The translations under genes and the position numbers were made by a program. The notes under the pieces are model-generated. The model was given only the letters and a program-made list of their open reading frames with translations. It was not told where the DNA came from and did no database searches. Shown here one piece after another: positions 40,768 to 50,041 of a stretch of DNA of 64,000 nucleotides (position 1 is the first letter of the stretch; every line of letters starts with the position of its first letter). The stretch covers positions 96,001-160,000 of the IMG/VR virus record IMGVR_UViG_3300009082_000016; one strand, 5' to 3'. This stretch comes from a virus.

Positions 40768-41643
40768 CTAGACATCGATGACGCGACCGAGCTTCTCGGC
40801 CTGCGGCACAACGTCCTCGAGCACCGCGAGCGCCATCGAGAGGTCGCCCTTGAAGTTCTTGAAGTCGTCCGCGGTCTTGCCCGCCAGGATCTTCCCGACC
40901 TCCGTCACCAGCGGCGCCAGCGGCGGGTCGTCCTGCTCGTGGAACTCCGCGCAGTAGAGCTGCAGGCCGGCGACGACGGACTGGTAGATGCGCTTGCCCT
41001 TCTGGAGCTCGGACAGGAGCGTCTTCGCGCCGTCGATGAACTCGTCCCGCTTCTCCTGCTGGCCGAGCTTGTCCGCCTTTTCCAGCGTCTCCTGCAGCTG
41101 CTTCACCTGCGCCGCCTTCACCTCGGCGGGGACGTTCGGGTCGTCGATGATGACGACGTGCAGGTCGGACAGGCGGATCTTGAACCGGTCGAGGATGGCT
41201 TCCCGCGTCTTGGGGAAGTCCTCGTCGTTGTACAGGTTCTGCAGGTCGTCCTTCGCCGCGGCCTTGATCTCGCCGATGTTGTCGGCGAACACCTCGGCGA
41301 GGGCCTCGCGCTTCTGCTCGTAGTCCTTCACGTACTTGAGCAGCTCGTTCGCGTCGTACCGCGGCTGGCGCTCGCCGGGCGTCTCGCTCGGGCTGGGCTT
41401 GGTCCGCTTCCAGTAGGTCGACTTGAACTCGGAGTCCAGGGCGTTGATGTCCGCCAGGAACTCCTTCCGGATGAACTGCTTCTGGAGCGACAACTTGTCC
41501 CGGGCGACCTTCTTGCCGCCGTTGTCGTCCTCCCCCTTGACCTCCTTCACGAGGTCGCCGGAGATCGTCTTCTGCGTGCCGATCATCGACACGCGGAGCC
41601 GGAACGCGCGGTAGCCGGCGAGGATCTTCACCTCCTTGATCAC
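40768..41643 (-). CDS. DUF3150-like helical protein
   Basis: AKDDLQNLYNDEDFP....DRF motif; GTG start overlapping upstream TGA; ends GRVIDV. Confidence 0.5.
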   Translation of the reverse strand: MIKEVKILAGYRAFRLRVSMIGTQKTISGDLVKEVKGEDDNGGKKVARDKLSLQKQFIRKEFLADINALDSEFKSTYWKRTKPSPSETPGERQPRYDANELLKYVKDYEQKREALAEVFADNIGEIKAAAKDDLQNLYNDEDFPKTREAILDRFKIRLSDLHVVIIDDPNVPAEVKAAQVKQLQETLEKADKLGQQEKRDEFIDGAKTLLSELQKGKRIYQSVVAGLQLYCAEFHEQDDPPLAPLVTEVGKILAGKTADDFKNFKGDLSMALAVLEDVVPQAEKLGRVIDV

Positions 41644-42233
41644 GGCGACTCCGCCGCGGCGCCCGACCGCTGGACCGATTGCTGGGCCCACCGCTCGACC
41701 GTCGTCTCGACAACCTGGTTCACCACGCTCCGCCACGACTCGGCCTGGTAGTACTTGTGGATCGACCCCGCGTGCCAGAACACCCGGAGCTCGTGCCGGT
41801 CCAGCTGCGTGTCGCTGCAGACGATCTGGTGCCGGATGCCGATCAGCCGACCCTGCAGGTCGTCGCGGATGAGCTCGAGCAGCATCAGGGCATGTACGCG
41901 GTCGGGGAGAAGGGGGTTCTCATCGTCCTCCGTGCGGAACGTGGCTTCGATGACGGCCGCGAGCCACTTGACTCCGTGGTAGACGAAGCTCCGATCGAAG
42001 CAGACGCGACACGGTCTGAACTGCCGAGCGCCCTCGGCGTTGATGTAGTCCGACTCCGCCTCCGTGAGGGGCCAGAACTCCGGGTGACCGGTGTCGTCGT
42101 CGATGTAGCCGTGGTCCAGGGACAGGATCGCAAAGTCGCGAGCGCAGAAGTTCCCGGCATCCTTCCCGTCCCTCGTCAGGATGACGGGCGTCCCCGAGGC
42201 CTGCGCGTTGCGCGAATCTTGGCTCATTGGCAC
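41640..42233 (-). CDS. hypothetical protein
   Basis: 197-aa ORF. Confidence 0.55.
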   Translation of the reverse strand: MPMSQDSRNAQASGTPVILTRDGKDAGNFCARDFAILSLDHGYIDDDTGHPEFWPLTEAESDYINAEGARQFRPCRVCFDRSFVYHGVKWLAAVIEATFRTEDDENPLLPDRVHALMLLELIRDDLQGRLIGIRHQIVCSDTQLDRHELRVFWHAGSIHKYYQAESWRSVVNQVVETTVERWAQQSVQRSGAAAESP

Positions 42234-42514
42234 TTCTCCTCTCTCAGCCTGAGCGTGCAGCGGTCACGCCCGGGCTTGCAGCAGTACCGCTCTCGTACGT
42301 CGATCGAATACCGCCCCCGACAGCGGTCGGACTCGAACTGCGTCGTCGGGCGGCGGTAGAACACCTCCCAGGCGTCCTCCCCCGAATCGCAGGGGAACGA
42401 CCCGACGGTCGCCGGGTCCAGCGGCCGGCGGAACCCGCCGTCGGGGACGTCGGGAACCGGGGCGCTACAGCCCAGGAACGCCGATGCCAGTACGAACCAG
42501 ATCGTCGTTTTCAT
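42224..42514 (-). CDS. small Cys-rich lipoprotein
   Basis: MKTTIWFVLASAFLGC lipobox. Confidence 0.55.
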   Translation of the reverse strand: MKTTIWFVLASAFLGCSAPVPDVPDGGFRRPLDPATVGSFPCDSGEDAWEVFYRRPTTQFESDRCRGRYSIDVRERYCCKPGRDRCTLRLREEKCQ

Positions 42515-43019
42515 CCAACAGGAACTCGACCTCGGGGATATCCTCGAGGTCCTCCCGGGTGATGCGCCCCGTGGGGAAGCGCAGCTCCTGGTTCTTCGAG
42601 GACAGGAGCGGGGGGTCGCCCTCGGTCCGCGGGCAGGTCTTGTCGTACGGGCCGGCGACGATGAGGTCGAAGAGGCCCATGACGGGCCCCATCAAGAGGT
42701 GGAGTGCTGCCGCACTGTATCCCGTGAACAGCACCCAACGCAGATCCGGCCGCTGGTCGGTCACCGCCGCGACCAGCAACTCGACCCAGCCTTCCTGCTC
42801 CAACGGCTCGCCGCCGGAGAGGACGACCGTGTCGATGTCCGGCGTGGCGAGAATCCTATCGACGAGATCCAACAGAAGGATTTCCGTCCCGCCGGCGGGG
42901 TCCCACGTCTCCGGGTTGCAGCAGCCCTCGCAGTGCCTGCTGCAGCCTTGGAACCAGACGACGAATGATCGGCCGGGCCCGTTGGCGAGCGAGCCCGAGA
43001 GCGTGGCATGGATTCGCAT
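42465..43019 (-). CDS. radical SAM protein, NrdG-like activase family
   Basis: NGPG...WFQGCSRHCEGCCNPETW, LSGGEPLEQ, FTGY, SSKNQ. Confidence 0.9.
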   Translation of the reverse strand: MRIHATLSGSLANGPGRSFVVWFQGCSRHCEGCCNPETWDPAGGTEILLLDLVDRILATPDIDTVVLSGGEPLEQEGWVELLVAAVTDQRPDLRWVLFTGYSAAALHLLMGPVMGLFDLIVAGPYDKTCPRTEGDPPLLSSKNQELRFPTGRITREDLEDIPEVEFLLDENDDLVRTGIGVPGL

Positions 43020-43024
43020 CTGCC

Positions 43025-43216
43025 TCAGTGCTTCAGGCCGATCTTCTGCTGCTGGTGGGCGGTGTACTCGATCGTCTTGTGGGACGAGACGACCTTCCCG
43101 CCCAGCGCCGCCTGCAGGTCCTTCAGCTCGTGCGTGCAGCTGGGGCCCTTGATGCCCTCGACGGTGAACTCGGTCGTCCCCTCCTCGAAGTCGACCTCGA
43201 TGATGACCTTCTTCAT
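43025..43216 (-). CDS. DUF2997-family protein
   Basis: TVEGIKGPSC......ALG....KTIEY; typical position after DUF1257. Confidence 0.75.
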   Translation of the reverse strand: MKKVIIEVDFEEGTTEFTVEGIKGPSCTHELKDLQAALGGKVVSSHKTIEYTAHQQQKIGLKH

Positions 43217-43226
43217 GCCCGTCCTC

Positions 43227-43670
43227 CTACTTCACCCAGATCATGCGCTTCTTCGTCGCGCTGACCGGGATCGTCTGCTGCAGCCGGTAGCCCTTCCGCA
43301 GCATCACCTTCTCCTGGACGTGCATGCCGTAGTGGCCGGACAGCTTCTTCAGGAACCTGCCGTCGTACGACATCCCGACCTTGCTGGCGCTCGGGTCGAT
43401 GTGCTGGTCGTACTCCGACACCCGCATCTCGTAGCTGCCGTCCGGCATCCGCTCGAACCCGATGTCGTTCGAACCGACACCGACGTGCTCCTTGCGGACG
43501 ATGATGTTGGCCTTCTGCACGCGGCGGTCACCGCGGTAGCCGCGCAGGTTCTCGGCCTGCTCGTGGACCTCGATGTGCTTCCGGTCGAAACCCACGTCCA
43601 CGAGCGCCTTGACCAGGCTCTCCTCCTCCGCCGAAACGAAGGAGGTCTGCATCTTGTGGTACTCGCTCAT
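43227..43670 (-). CDS. DUF1257 (Ycf35-like) protein
   Basis: LVKALVDVGF...LRGYRGD...ANIIVR...NDIGFER..DGSYE. Confidence 0.8.
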   Translation of the reverse strand: MSEYHKMQTSFVSAEEESLVKALVDVGFDRKHIEVHEQAENLRGYRGDRRVQKANIIVRKEHVGVGSNDIGFERMPDGSYEMRVSEYDQHIDPSASKVGMSYDGRFLKKLSGHYGMHVQEKVMLRKGYRLQQTIPVSATKKRMIWVK

Positions 43671-45310
43671 GCCTCTGCCACTCCTCCGCCGCCGCCCAGG
43701 TCCATCAACCGACCGACCTGTTCGTACGACGTCGCCCCGTCCTGGGGGCCCTGGTACAGACCGGGATACGACGCCGAGCACCAGCAGCCCTTGGCCGCCG
43801 CACGCATCGCGTCGATCTCCATCATGCGGGAAATGCCCGTGGGCACCATGCCCATCGCGGCCGCATCGACCAGCGTGAGACCGCGGTCCTGCGCCTTGCG
43901 GCAGCAGTTGCGGATGTCCGCCCCGCTCCAGCGGGTATCCTCCGGCAACGGCTGCGGGGCCAGCCCGTGCGCCTGCATCTGCTTCTGCCAGATGACGGCC
44001 TTCTCCTCGGCCGACGGCAGGTCGACGTAGTACTTGCCCTCGGAGCTGAACCGGCGGTCCATCTCCGCGGGAATGTTTGCCTCGCGGTTGCTGTCGCCGA
44101 TGAACACCGGGTCGTCGCCGATCGCGGCGAGAATCTTCATCACCATGGCGGACCGCTCTTCGGACACGCCGACGAAGCGGTTCATCATGCCGCCGACGCG
44201 GACGACCAGGAACAGCACGCCCAGCTTGTTGCCCAGGGCGCGGATGATGTGCGTCTTGCCGGTGCCGGGCGGGCCCTGCAGCCGGTAGCCGCGCACCTTC
44301 TTGTTCTCCATGAGCTCGAGCAGGTCGGCGATGATGTGGTCCGTGATGCCGGTGTTGTCGCCGCCGCCGGCGCCCATCATCTGCTTGTCGATCTCGGGGA
44401 ACTGGGCGATGTAACCGACCCGGCGCTTCGACTTCCCGAGCGAGTCGAACTCGGCGATCAGCTGGGTGATACCGCCCAGGTCGGAGATCAGTTCCTTGCC
44501 GTCGCGGTAGACCTCGATGCCCGCGGCCTCCTTGATCCACTGGATCTTGCGGACCCAGAGGCGGCCGATCTCGATGCCCGTCGGCGTGAGCGCCATGGCG
44601 ACCACCTGGTCGATGATCTTCCCGGGCAGGGCGCGGCACGCGTTCACGGCGTGCCACATCTGGTCATCGGTCAGCTCCGGCGCCGCCGGCTTGCCGGCCT
44701 TCTTGAGCCCGTACTGCAGGTCGTTGAACCGGTCCTGGATGATGCCCTTGATCTCCTCCGGACCGGGCAGCGGCTCATCAATCACCGAGATCTCGTTGAC
44801 CTCGGGAGGGAAGGCCGGGAACACCGGCGAGAGCAGCACGACGCTGCACCCCTGCGCCTTCAGCTGGCTGCTGATCAGCTGCAGGGCCTGCACGGTGTCG
44901 TTCGCGGCGTTCGGCTGCTCGACGCCCAGCTGCCGGTGCATGTTGAGCATGAACAGGACGCCGCGCTTCGGCAGCTTCAACGCCCCGAACAGGGCGGAAA
45001 CAGGGTTCACGAACTGGACCGGGTCGGGGAAGATCTTCTTCACCGCCTGCGACCAGGCGCCGTTGTGCTTCGCGAGATCCGGCTCTGCGGAAACGAAAGC
45101 GGTCACGCCGCGCAGGGAGTCCCACACGGCGATGGGGGTGTCGGCGCTGACGCCCGACTTCGCCGGGAGTCCGGCGCGGAACTCCAGGAGCTTCCGCACG
45201 ACCTTGTCCTGGGTCGTGAACGGACAGGGGCACGACACCGCGATGACCGGCGTCGAAACGGCGTGGGCCCGCACGACCTCGGCGCCCACGTCGAGAACCG
45301 TCGTGTTCAC
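43667..45310 (-). CDS. Ycf46-like AAA+ ATPase with permuted motif order
   Basis: Ycf46-like N-domain, LGGITQL, GPPGTGKT, FVGVSE, YVDLPS..E...IW, WSGADIRNCC. Confidence 0.85.
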   Translation of the reverse strand: MNTTVLDVGAEVVRAHAVSTPVIAVSCPCPFTTQDKVVRKLLEFRAGLPAKSGVSADTPIAVWDSLRGVTAFVSAEPDLAKHNGAWSQAVKKIFPDPVQFVNPVSALFGALKLPKRGVLFMLNMHRQLGVEQPNAANDTVQALQLISSQLKAQGCSVVLLSPVFPAFPPEVNEISVIDEPLPGPEEIKGIIQDRFNDLQYGLKKAGKPAAPELTDDQMWHAVNACRALPGKIIDQVVAMALTPTGIEIGRLWVRKIQWIKEAAGIEVYRDGKELISDLGGITQLIAEFDSLGKSKRRVGYIAQFPEIDKQMMGAGGGDNTGITDHIIADLLELMENKKVRGYRLQGPPGTGKTHIIRALGNKLGVLFLVVRVGGMMNRFVGVSEERSAMVMKILAAIGDDPVFIGDSNREANIPAEMDRRFSSEGKYYVDLPSAEEKAVIWQKQMQAHGLAPQPLPEDTRWSGADIRNCCRKAQDRGLTLVDAAAMGMVPTGISRMMEIDAMRAAAKGCWCSASYPGLYQGPQDGATSYEQVGRLMDLGGGGGVAEA

Positions 45311-45810
45311 TACTTCCTCCTCAGGAACTCGGCGATCTTCCCGTCGACGATCAGCTCGCGCTTCTCCAGGTCCGTGATGGCCCTGAAAACGGCGCTGGGC
45401 TTCAGTCCGGAATAGACCGCCATCTGTGTGGCTCCCTTGGTCACCCGCCCCTCCTGGTCCGCGAAACCGAGGATGTAGAACAGGAACACCTGGAGCCGAT
45501 CGGGAACCTGCATCTCGTACAGCGTGTTGAGTGCCGCCACCGAGATCCAGGATTTGCGGGACGAGTCATTCGGCTGGTACCCCAGCCAGTCCGACGTCAC
45601 CATTCCCAGCCTGCGGAGCTGGGCCAACCGCTCGGCCACCGAGCCAAGTTTGCGCTTCGAGATGCGGGCGATGCGCTCCGCCTCGGCCGGATGGGTCGCA
45701 TCCTTCGTCAGGGCCCGCAGGTAGACAAAGATGATGACGGCGTACGGGTCGAGCTCGATCAGCTGGTTGAGGGCGCGAGTGCTGACCCACGCCGCGTACT
45801 CGCCAGCCAC
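45310..45810 (-). CDS. tandem wHTH protein
   Basis: Two repeats of WVS/WIS..ALN.L.E...HTH...L.+LG/EL. Confidence 0.65.
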   Translation of the reverse strand: MAGEYAAWVSTRALNQLIELDPYAVIIFVYLRALTKDATHPAEAERIARISKRKLGSVAERLAQLRRLGMVTSDWLGYQPNDSSRKSWISVAALNTLYEMQVPDRLQVFLFYILGFADQEGRVTKGATQMAVYSGLKPSAVFRAITDLEKRELIVDGKIAEFLRRK

Positions 45811-46517
45811 TGCTCGAGCTCCTTGATGCGGTTGAGCGACCGTTGGATCGCCATTTCGACCCGGACCCGGTTGAACTCGACCGGCGTCATGTTCGACGTC
45901 GGCCGCAGCACCGGCTGGGTCGGTTCGGTCACCTTCGAGGCGACCAGACCGGAAATCGAGCCGATGCCGGCGCCGAACATCGGGTCAGCGCCGGAGAGCA
46001 GGGCCCCCGTCGGAGCGCCGGCCAGGATGGCCGACATCGGACGGACTCCTTCACCACTGCGGACGTCCCGCAGGACGCGGGCACCACCGCCCGTGGCGAG
46101 GCCGGTGAGGACGGCCTTGAACATGGGGTTGAAGTCGGTCGGCAAGACCTTCTCCCCACGCGCCACCCGCTGGGAGTACTCCTTCTGGGCCATGGACGCC
46201 ATGCCGGCGCCCAGCAGCGCACCGATGGCACTCGCCTTCCCGCGCTGGTCCCCCGGCGCCGTGATGGCAGAGGCCAGCGCCGAGAACGGCATGTACAAGA
46301 GGGGGTCGAGGATACCGCTGCGCTTCTGCATTCGAGCCTCTTCCACGAGCCTCGCGGGGTCGGCGTTCTTCCAGTTCCCGTATCTCCGGTCCCCAACCCT
46401 TTCAAACGCATCCTGATCCCGGAAGTCCCTACGCCGGCGCCTGTCCTTCGCACCTTTCACGGCCAGGTAGGTACCACCCACGATTCCAGTAGCCGCCAAG
46501 GCGGGAAGTAGGTTCAC
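45759..46517 (-). CDS. glycine-zipper membrane-associated protein
   Basis: GALLGAG, GAPTGALLSG, GAGIGSISG segments; GTG start. Confidence 0.55.
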   Translation of the reverse strand: MNLLPALAATGIVGGTYLAVKGAKDRRRRRDFRDQDAFERVGDRRYGNWKNADPARLVEEARMQKRSGILDPLLYMPFSALASAITAPGDQRGKASAIGALLGAGMASMAQKEYSQRVARGEKVLPTDFNPMFKAVLTGLATGGGARVLRDVRSGEGVRPMSAILAGAPTGALLSGADPMFGAGIGSISGLVASKVTEPTQPVLRPTSNMTPVEFNRVRVEMAIQRSLNRIKELEQWLASTRRGSALAPSTS

Positions 46518-46879
46518 AGGTCCTCCACCTTCTTCCAGCCGACCAGGCCGGCCGGGTCCTGCGTCACCCAGATGCCGGCGGGGTTGCGGGTGCGCTGGGC
46601 CACGAACTCCTCCACCGTCGTGCGGGTGATGGGGACCGTCTTCGTGATCTGCGCCGAGAGCGTCGGCGGCCAGTCCTGCGGGTTGTCGTCCGACCGCGGG
46701 TGGGGGCTGTTCGCGTCCCGCCACCGCACCCACATGACGTACGTCACGATGCCGTTGGCCCGCTCGATGTCCGTGATGAGCTGCTCGATTTCCAGGTGCT
46801 TTCCCTGGAAAACCGATTCCGACAGCCGCAGGTTCGCCGCGACGGCCTTCCACTGCTGATCGGTGAGCGAGATGGTCAC
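46514..46879 (-). CDS. hypothetical protein
   Basis: 121-aa ORF, strong GC3 bias. Confidence 0.65.
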   Translation of the reverse strand: MTISLTDQQWKAVAANLRLSESVFQGKHLEIEQLITDIERANGIVTYVMWVRWRDANSPHPRSDDNPQDWPPTLSAQITKTVPITRTTVEEFVAQRTRNPAGIWVTQDPAGLVGWKKVEDL

Positions 46880-46888
46880 GGGGACATC

Positions 46889-47308
46889 CTACTCCTTCGG
46901 CTTTTCCTGGACAACCCTCTCGCGCAGCCGCTCCAGGTCCTTCTGGATGTTGCCCGCCACCTTCTTCACCCGCCGCTCGAACCCTTTCTCGTTCGCCACC
47001 GTTTTCCCGATCGTCAGATCGGACGGGGCGTGGGACGGGGTGATGTTCATCCCGCCCTTCACCAGACGGGCCAAAGCCGTCCGTTCCACCGAGCGGGCGG
47101 ACAGGTGATCGTAGGTCCCGGCCTTGCGCTTCCGCTTCGCCGTGCGACGGATCGCGTCGTACGCCCAGGTCGCCGCGTGCGGGAGGTCGTTCTCCATCAG
47201 GTCGCGGACGAGGTTGGCCGCCTCGGTCAACTCGGAGTCGGTGAGGTTGCGCTGGATGGCGAAGCTCTGAAGCTGCCTCGCCCGGGTCTGATCCTGCTCG
47301 TGGGCCAC
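46889..47308 (-). CDS. hypothetical basic protein
   Basis: 139-aa ORF after ThiF. Confidence 0.55.
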   Translation of the reverse strand: MAHEQDQTRARQLQSFAIQRNLTDSELTEAANLVRDLMENDLPHAATWAYDAIRRTAKRKRKAGTYDHLSARSVERTALARLVKGGMNITPSHAPSDLTIGKTVANEKGFERRVKKVAGNIQKDLERLRERVVQEKPKE

Positions 47309-47309
47309 T

Positions 47310-47984
47310 CTACATCACCTCCATCGTTCCCCAGTGGACGGTCGTCTCGAAGGGGATGGGCTCGTTGCGAAGGAACCGGAACAAGAGCGACCCGATGACG
47401 GCGCTGATGCCGGCGCCGGTGAAGAAGGTCGCCCGCGCCGTGCAAGGCTCGTTCACCGTGCCCTCGTTCGGCAGCGTCTGCTCGTACCGCTCCGCCTGCT
47501 CGGGCGTCACGGCGAAAATGCGGGACACGAGCGCCCCCATGCGCCCGTCGATGTACAGCTTCGGGGGAAGCACCTTCATGCCGGCCCAAATCTCCTGCCG
47601 GGCCTCCATGCTGTCAACCCCGGAGATGTAGACGGCGTCGATGTCCACCGGCGGGGCCCACCGCCTCTGGTTCACCTGGATGTTCGCTCCGATGAACTGG
47701 CGAATCATCTCCTTGAGGGCCTGCACCTTCGGACGACCGACGTCGTCCAGACGGTAGAGCTGGGTCGGGATGTTGTGGGGTTCAACGATGTCCGGGTCCC
47801 ACACCTCCATCCTCGAAATCCCCATCTTCGCCGCTGTAAGGGCACTGACTCCACCGATGCCCCCCGTTCCGATCAAGACCACGGAGGTCGCACTGACCGC
47901 AGACGGTGAAATGAGCCCGCTCTGCCGCAGAAAGTCCGGCTGCACAGTCTCCCGCGTCCCCCGCATCCCTCGCGAATCCCGCAT
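47310..47984 (-). CDS. E1/ThiF-family adenylyltransferase
   Basis: LIGTGGIGG, WDPDIVEPHNIPTQ, GRPKV, GVDSMEAR, YIDGRMG, EPCTA; AAGGAGG SD. Confidence 0.9.
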   Translation of the reverse strand: MRDSRGMRGTRETVQPDFLRQSGLISPSAVSATSVVLIGTGGIGGVSALTAAKMGISRMEVWDPDIVEPHNIPTQLYRLDDVGRPKVQALKEMIRQFIGANIQVNQRRWAPPVDIDAVYISGVDSMEARQEIWAGMKVLPPKLYIDGRMGALVSRIFAVTPEQAERYEQTLPNEGTVNEPCTARATFFTGAGISAVIGSLLFRFLRNEPIPFETTVHWGTMEVM

Positions 47985-48699
47985 CCTGTGCCTCCTTCTT
48001 GAAGTACTCCTGCATGTCGTACGTCTCACTCGGTCCGTGCATGCCGTACAGTTCAATCGGGCCGTGCATGCCGTACCCGCCGTACCCGCCGTAGGACCCG
48101 TAGAACTGCTCGACCACGTCCTCGGCCAACTCCTTCTTCAGCCGGTCGTAGTCGATCGGCTCCGGCTGGCCAAAGGTGAAGATGGGCAGTTCGTAGTCGA
48201 GCGGCACCGGTCGGCTGGTCACCAGCGAGCACTTCCACTCGCCCCGATGGTTGATCACCAGGGCGACGCCCCAGTCACGGAAGAGCGACCGTTTGGTCGC
48301 CTCGTCGGTGCCGGACCAGAACGCGCTCATCGAGTTGTGGCTGTGCCACCAGAGCCGCGGGTCGACTCCGTATTCGGCGTAGCAGTCCCGCAGGACCTGA
48401 TGGGTCCGCGGCGACGTCTGATCGACGTCGGTGTTCGCACCAGTACAGCTCTGCGGCACCCGGTACAGCTTCTTCAACACCAGGTCCCCCTTCTCGACCA
48501 CGACCGCGCCGAACCCCGAGCACTCGCAGCTCAGGAGCCGGCAGCGGGCCTGGATGTCGTCCCACAAGGGGCGCGGGACCAGCAGTCTCGGCGCACTGTC
48601 CGGCGGATCGTCGGGATTTCGGAACAGGGGGGTCCTCGAACAGACCGTGAGCTCCGTCTTGTCCTTCACGATCTCGATCGACTTCTTCTCATCCGGCAT
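47782..48699 (-). CDS. JAB/MPN metallopeptidase (deubiquitinase-like)
   Basis: ECSGFG...VPQ...WWHSHNSMSAFWSGTD (E...HxH...S..D). Confidence 0.9.
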   Translation of the reverse strand: MPDEKKSIEIVKDKTELTVCSRTPLFRNPDDPPDSAPRLLVPRPLWDDIQARCRLLSCECSGFGAVVVEKGDLVLKKLYRVPQSCTGANTDVDQTSPRTHQVLRDCYAEYGVDPRLWWHSHNSMSAFWSGTDEATKRSLFRDWGVALVINHRGEWKCSLVTSRPVPLDYELPIFTFGQPEPIDYDRLKKELAEDVVEQFYGSYGGYGGYGMHGPIELYGMHGPSETYDMQEYFKKEAQDAGFARDAGDAGDCAAGLSAAERAHFTVCGQCDLRGLDRNGGHRWSQCPYSGEDGDFEDGGVGPGHR

Positions 48700-50002
48700 C
48701 GCGGTCCTCCTTCTTGCTGCAGTAGACGGTCGCCGGGCAGTTCGCGCACTCCGGCGACAGGGACTCGATCACGCGCGGCGCGAGCCGGCTCTCGCACGCC
48801 GTGCGAGGGCACTCGGCGCAGATCGACTCCGTCGCGTGCTCGGTCGCGCAGGTCTCCTCCGTCAAGGCGTGTTCGCAATCCGTATTTTCGCAGTCGACAC
48901 AGTTCCAGAAGGTCTGGTCGTTCGTCTGCGAGCGCCAGCACCGGTTGCGTTCGCGATCACGATAGATGCAATCCGCGTTGCACTCCAGGCAGTCCGCCTG
49001 ATCGTGATCGTCGTGGCACCGGGTGGCAGCATCCTCCCGGAACGGACAATCATCCTCGTCGCAGCAGACACAGTCACGGGCACTGGCCGTATCGTAGCAG
49101 CGGTCGTACCGGTTGTTCCCCTCGTCGTCGCTCTCCTCGTCCATCCGACGGTAGGACCCCTCCGGGTAGTAGGACTCGAGGAACTCGCGGATCAACGCGC
49201 AGCATTCGCCGATGCGGCCGGCTGCCAACGTGGCGTGTACCCGGGCACCGATGTTGCCCCAGCACGGGCGGCCGTCGCTCGAGATGTGCGGATGGTAGTA
49301 CGACTCCGATCCCGGGAGGTACTTGCCGTTGCCGGCAGAGTGGATGGTGATGTCGAGGGTCTCGAAATCCATCTCGACATCGTACGGCCCCAGCACGTAG
49401 GTGCTGCGGGGGCTGTTGATGTTGTGCATCTCGATGGTGCCGGTCCGGATGACCATCTGGGATCCCGTGATCGGGCGTGGTGTGCCGAGCCGCAAAACCA
49501 GGCCCACCTCGAACTCGATATCGATCTTCTCGTCGTTGAGGCTCTCGAACAACACCCGAGCCCCGAGCATGTTCCGGTACTTCTCGGCCAGGGCGGCCTC
49601 TGTTTGGCCGATTTCCGCTGCAATCGACCTCGCCCGTTCCCCCGCGGCCTGGCAGAACGCCTTCCGGTACTCCTTCCAGTTCCGGGAGAGCTGGCCGGAG
49701 TCGCTCAACTCCTCCGGCGGATACATGCTCCCGACGACTGCAAAGAACGTGTCGACCTTCGCCGGGTTGATCCGGCTGTGCAGCGTGATCTGGAGCGGGA
49801 ACGAGGTGCTGATCCAGCCCAGCAGTCCCAGGTCGTCCGGGTCCTCGACTACCACGCCCCGATTCGGTCGGTAATCTCCGATCGAAACGGAGACCGTACC
49901 GGTCGCCGAAGGGTTCGCGACCTTGTTGGCGATCGAGGTCTTCCATTTCGACGCGTACCACAGGCACGCGTCGCGAACAGCACTTTGGAGATCCATGTGC
50001 AT
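48689..50002 (-). CDS. prokaryotic E2-like protein with coiled coil and Cys-rich C-terminus
   Basis: YYHPHISSDGRPCWGN (UBC HPN..C-like), FLESY..E; more than 20 Cys in tail. Confidence 0.75.
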   Translation of the reverse strand: MHMDLQSAVRDACLWYASKWKTSIANKVANPSATGTVSVSIGDYRPNRGVVVEDPDDLGLLGWISTSFPLQITLHSRINPAKVDTFFAVVGSMYPPEELSDSGQLSRNWKEYRKAFCQAAGERARSIAAEIGQTEAALAEKYRNMLGARVLFESLNDEKIDIEFEVGLVLRLGTPRPITGSQMVIRTGTIEMHNINSPRSTYVLGPYDVEMDFETLDITIHSAGNGKYLPGSESYYHPHISSDGRPCWGNIGARVHATLAAGRIGECCALIREFLESYYPEGSYRRMDEESDDEGNNRYDRCYDTASARDCVCCDEDDCPFREDAATRCHDDHDQADCLECNADCIYRDRERNRCWRSQTNDQTFWNCVDCENTDCEHALTEETCATEHATESICAECPRTACESRLAPRVIESLSPECANCPATVYCSKKEDRDAG

Positions 50003-50015
50003 GCGCGAGAGAAGA

Positions 50016-50041
50016 GGGAGCCGGACCGAAGTCCGGCCCCC
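50016..50041 (-). terminator. UUCG hairpin between Ubl and E2 genes (weak terminator or stabiliser)
   Basis: GGGGGCCGGAC-TTCG-GTCCGGCTCCC followed by TCTTCTCTC. Confidence 0.55.

Noticed and set aside
42465-43019. Anaerobic ribonucleotide reductase system
   Set aside because: No NrdD in the window; context is the AAA/DUF1257 module
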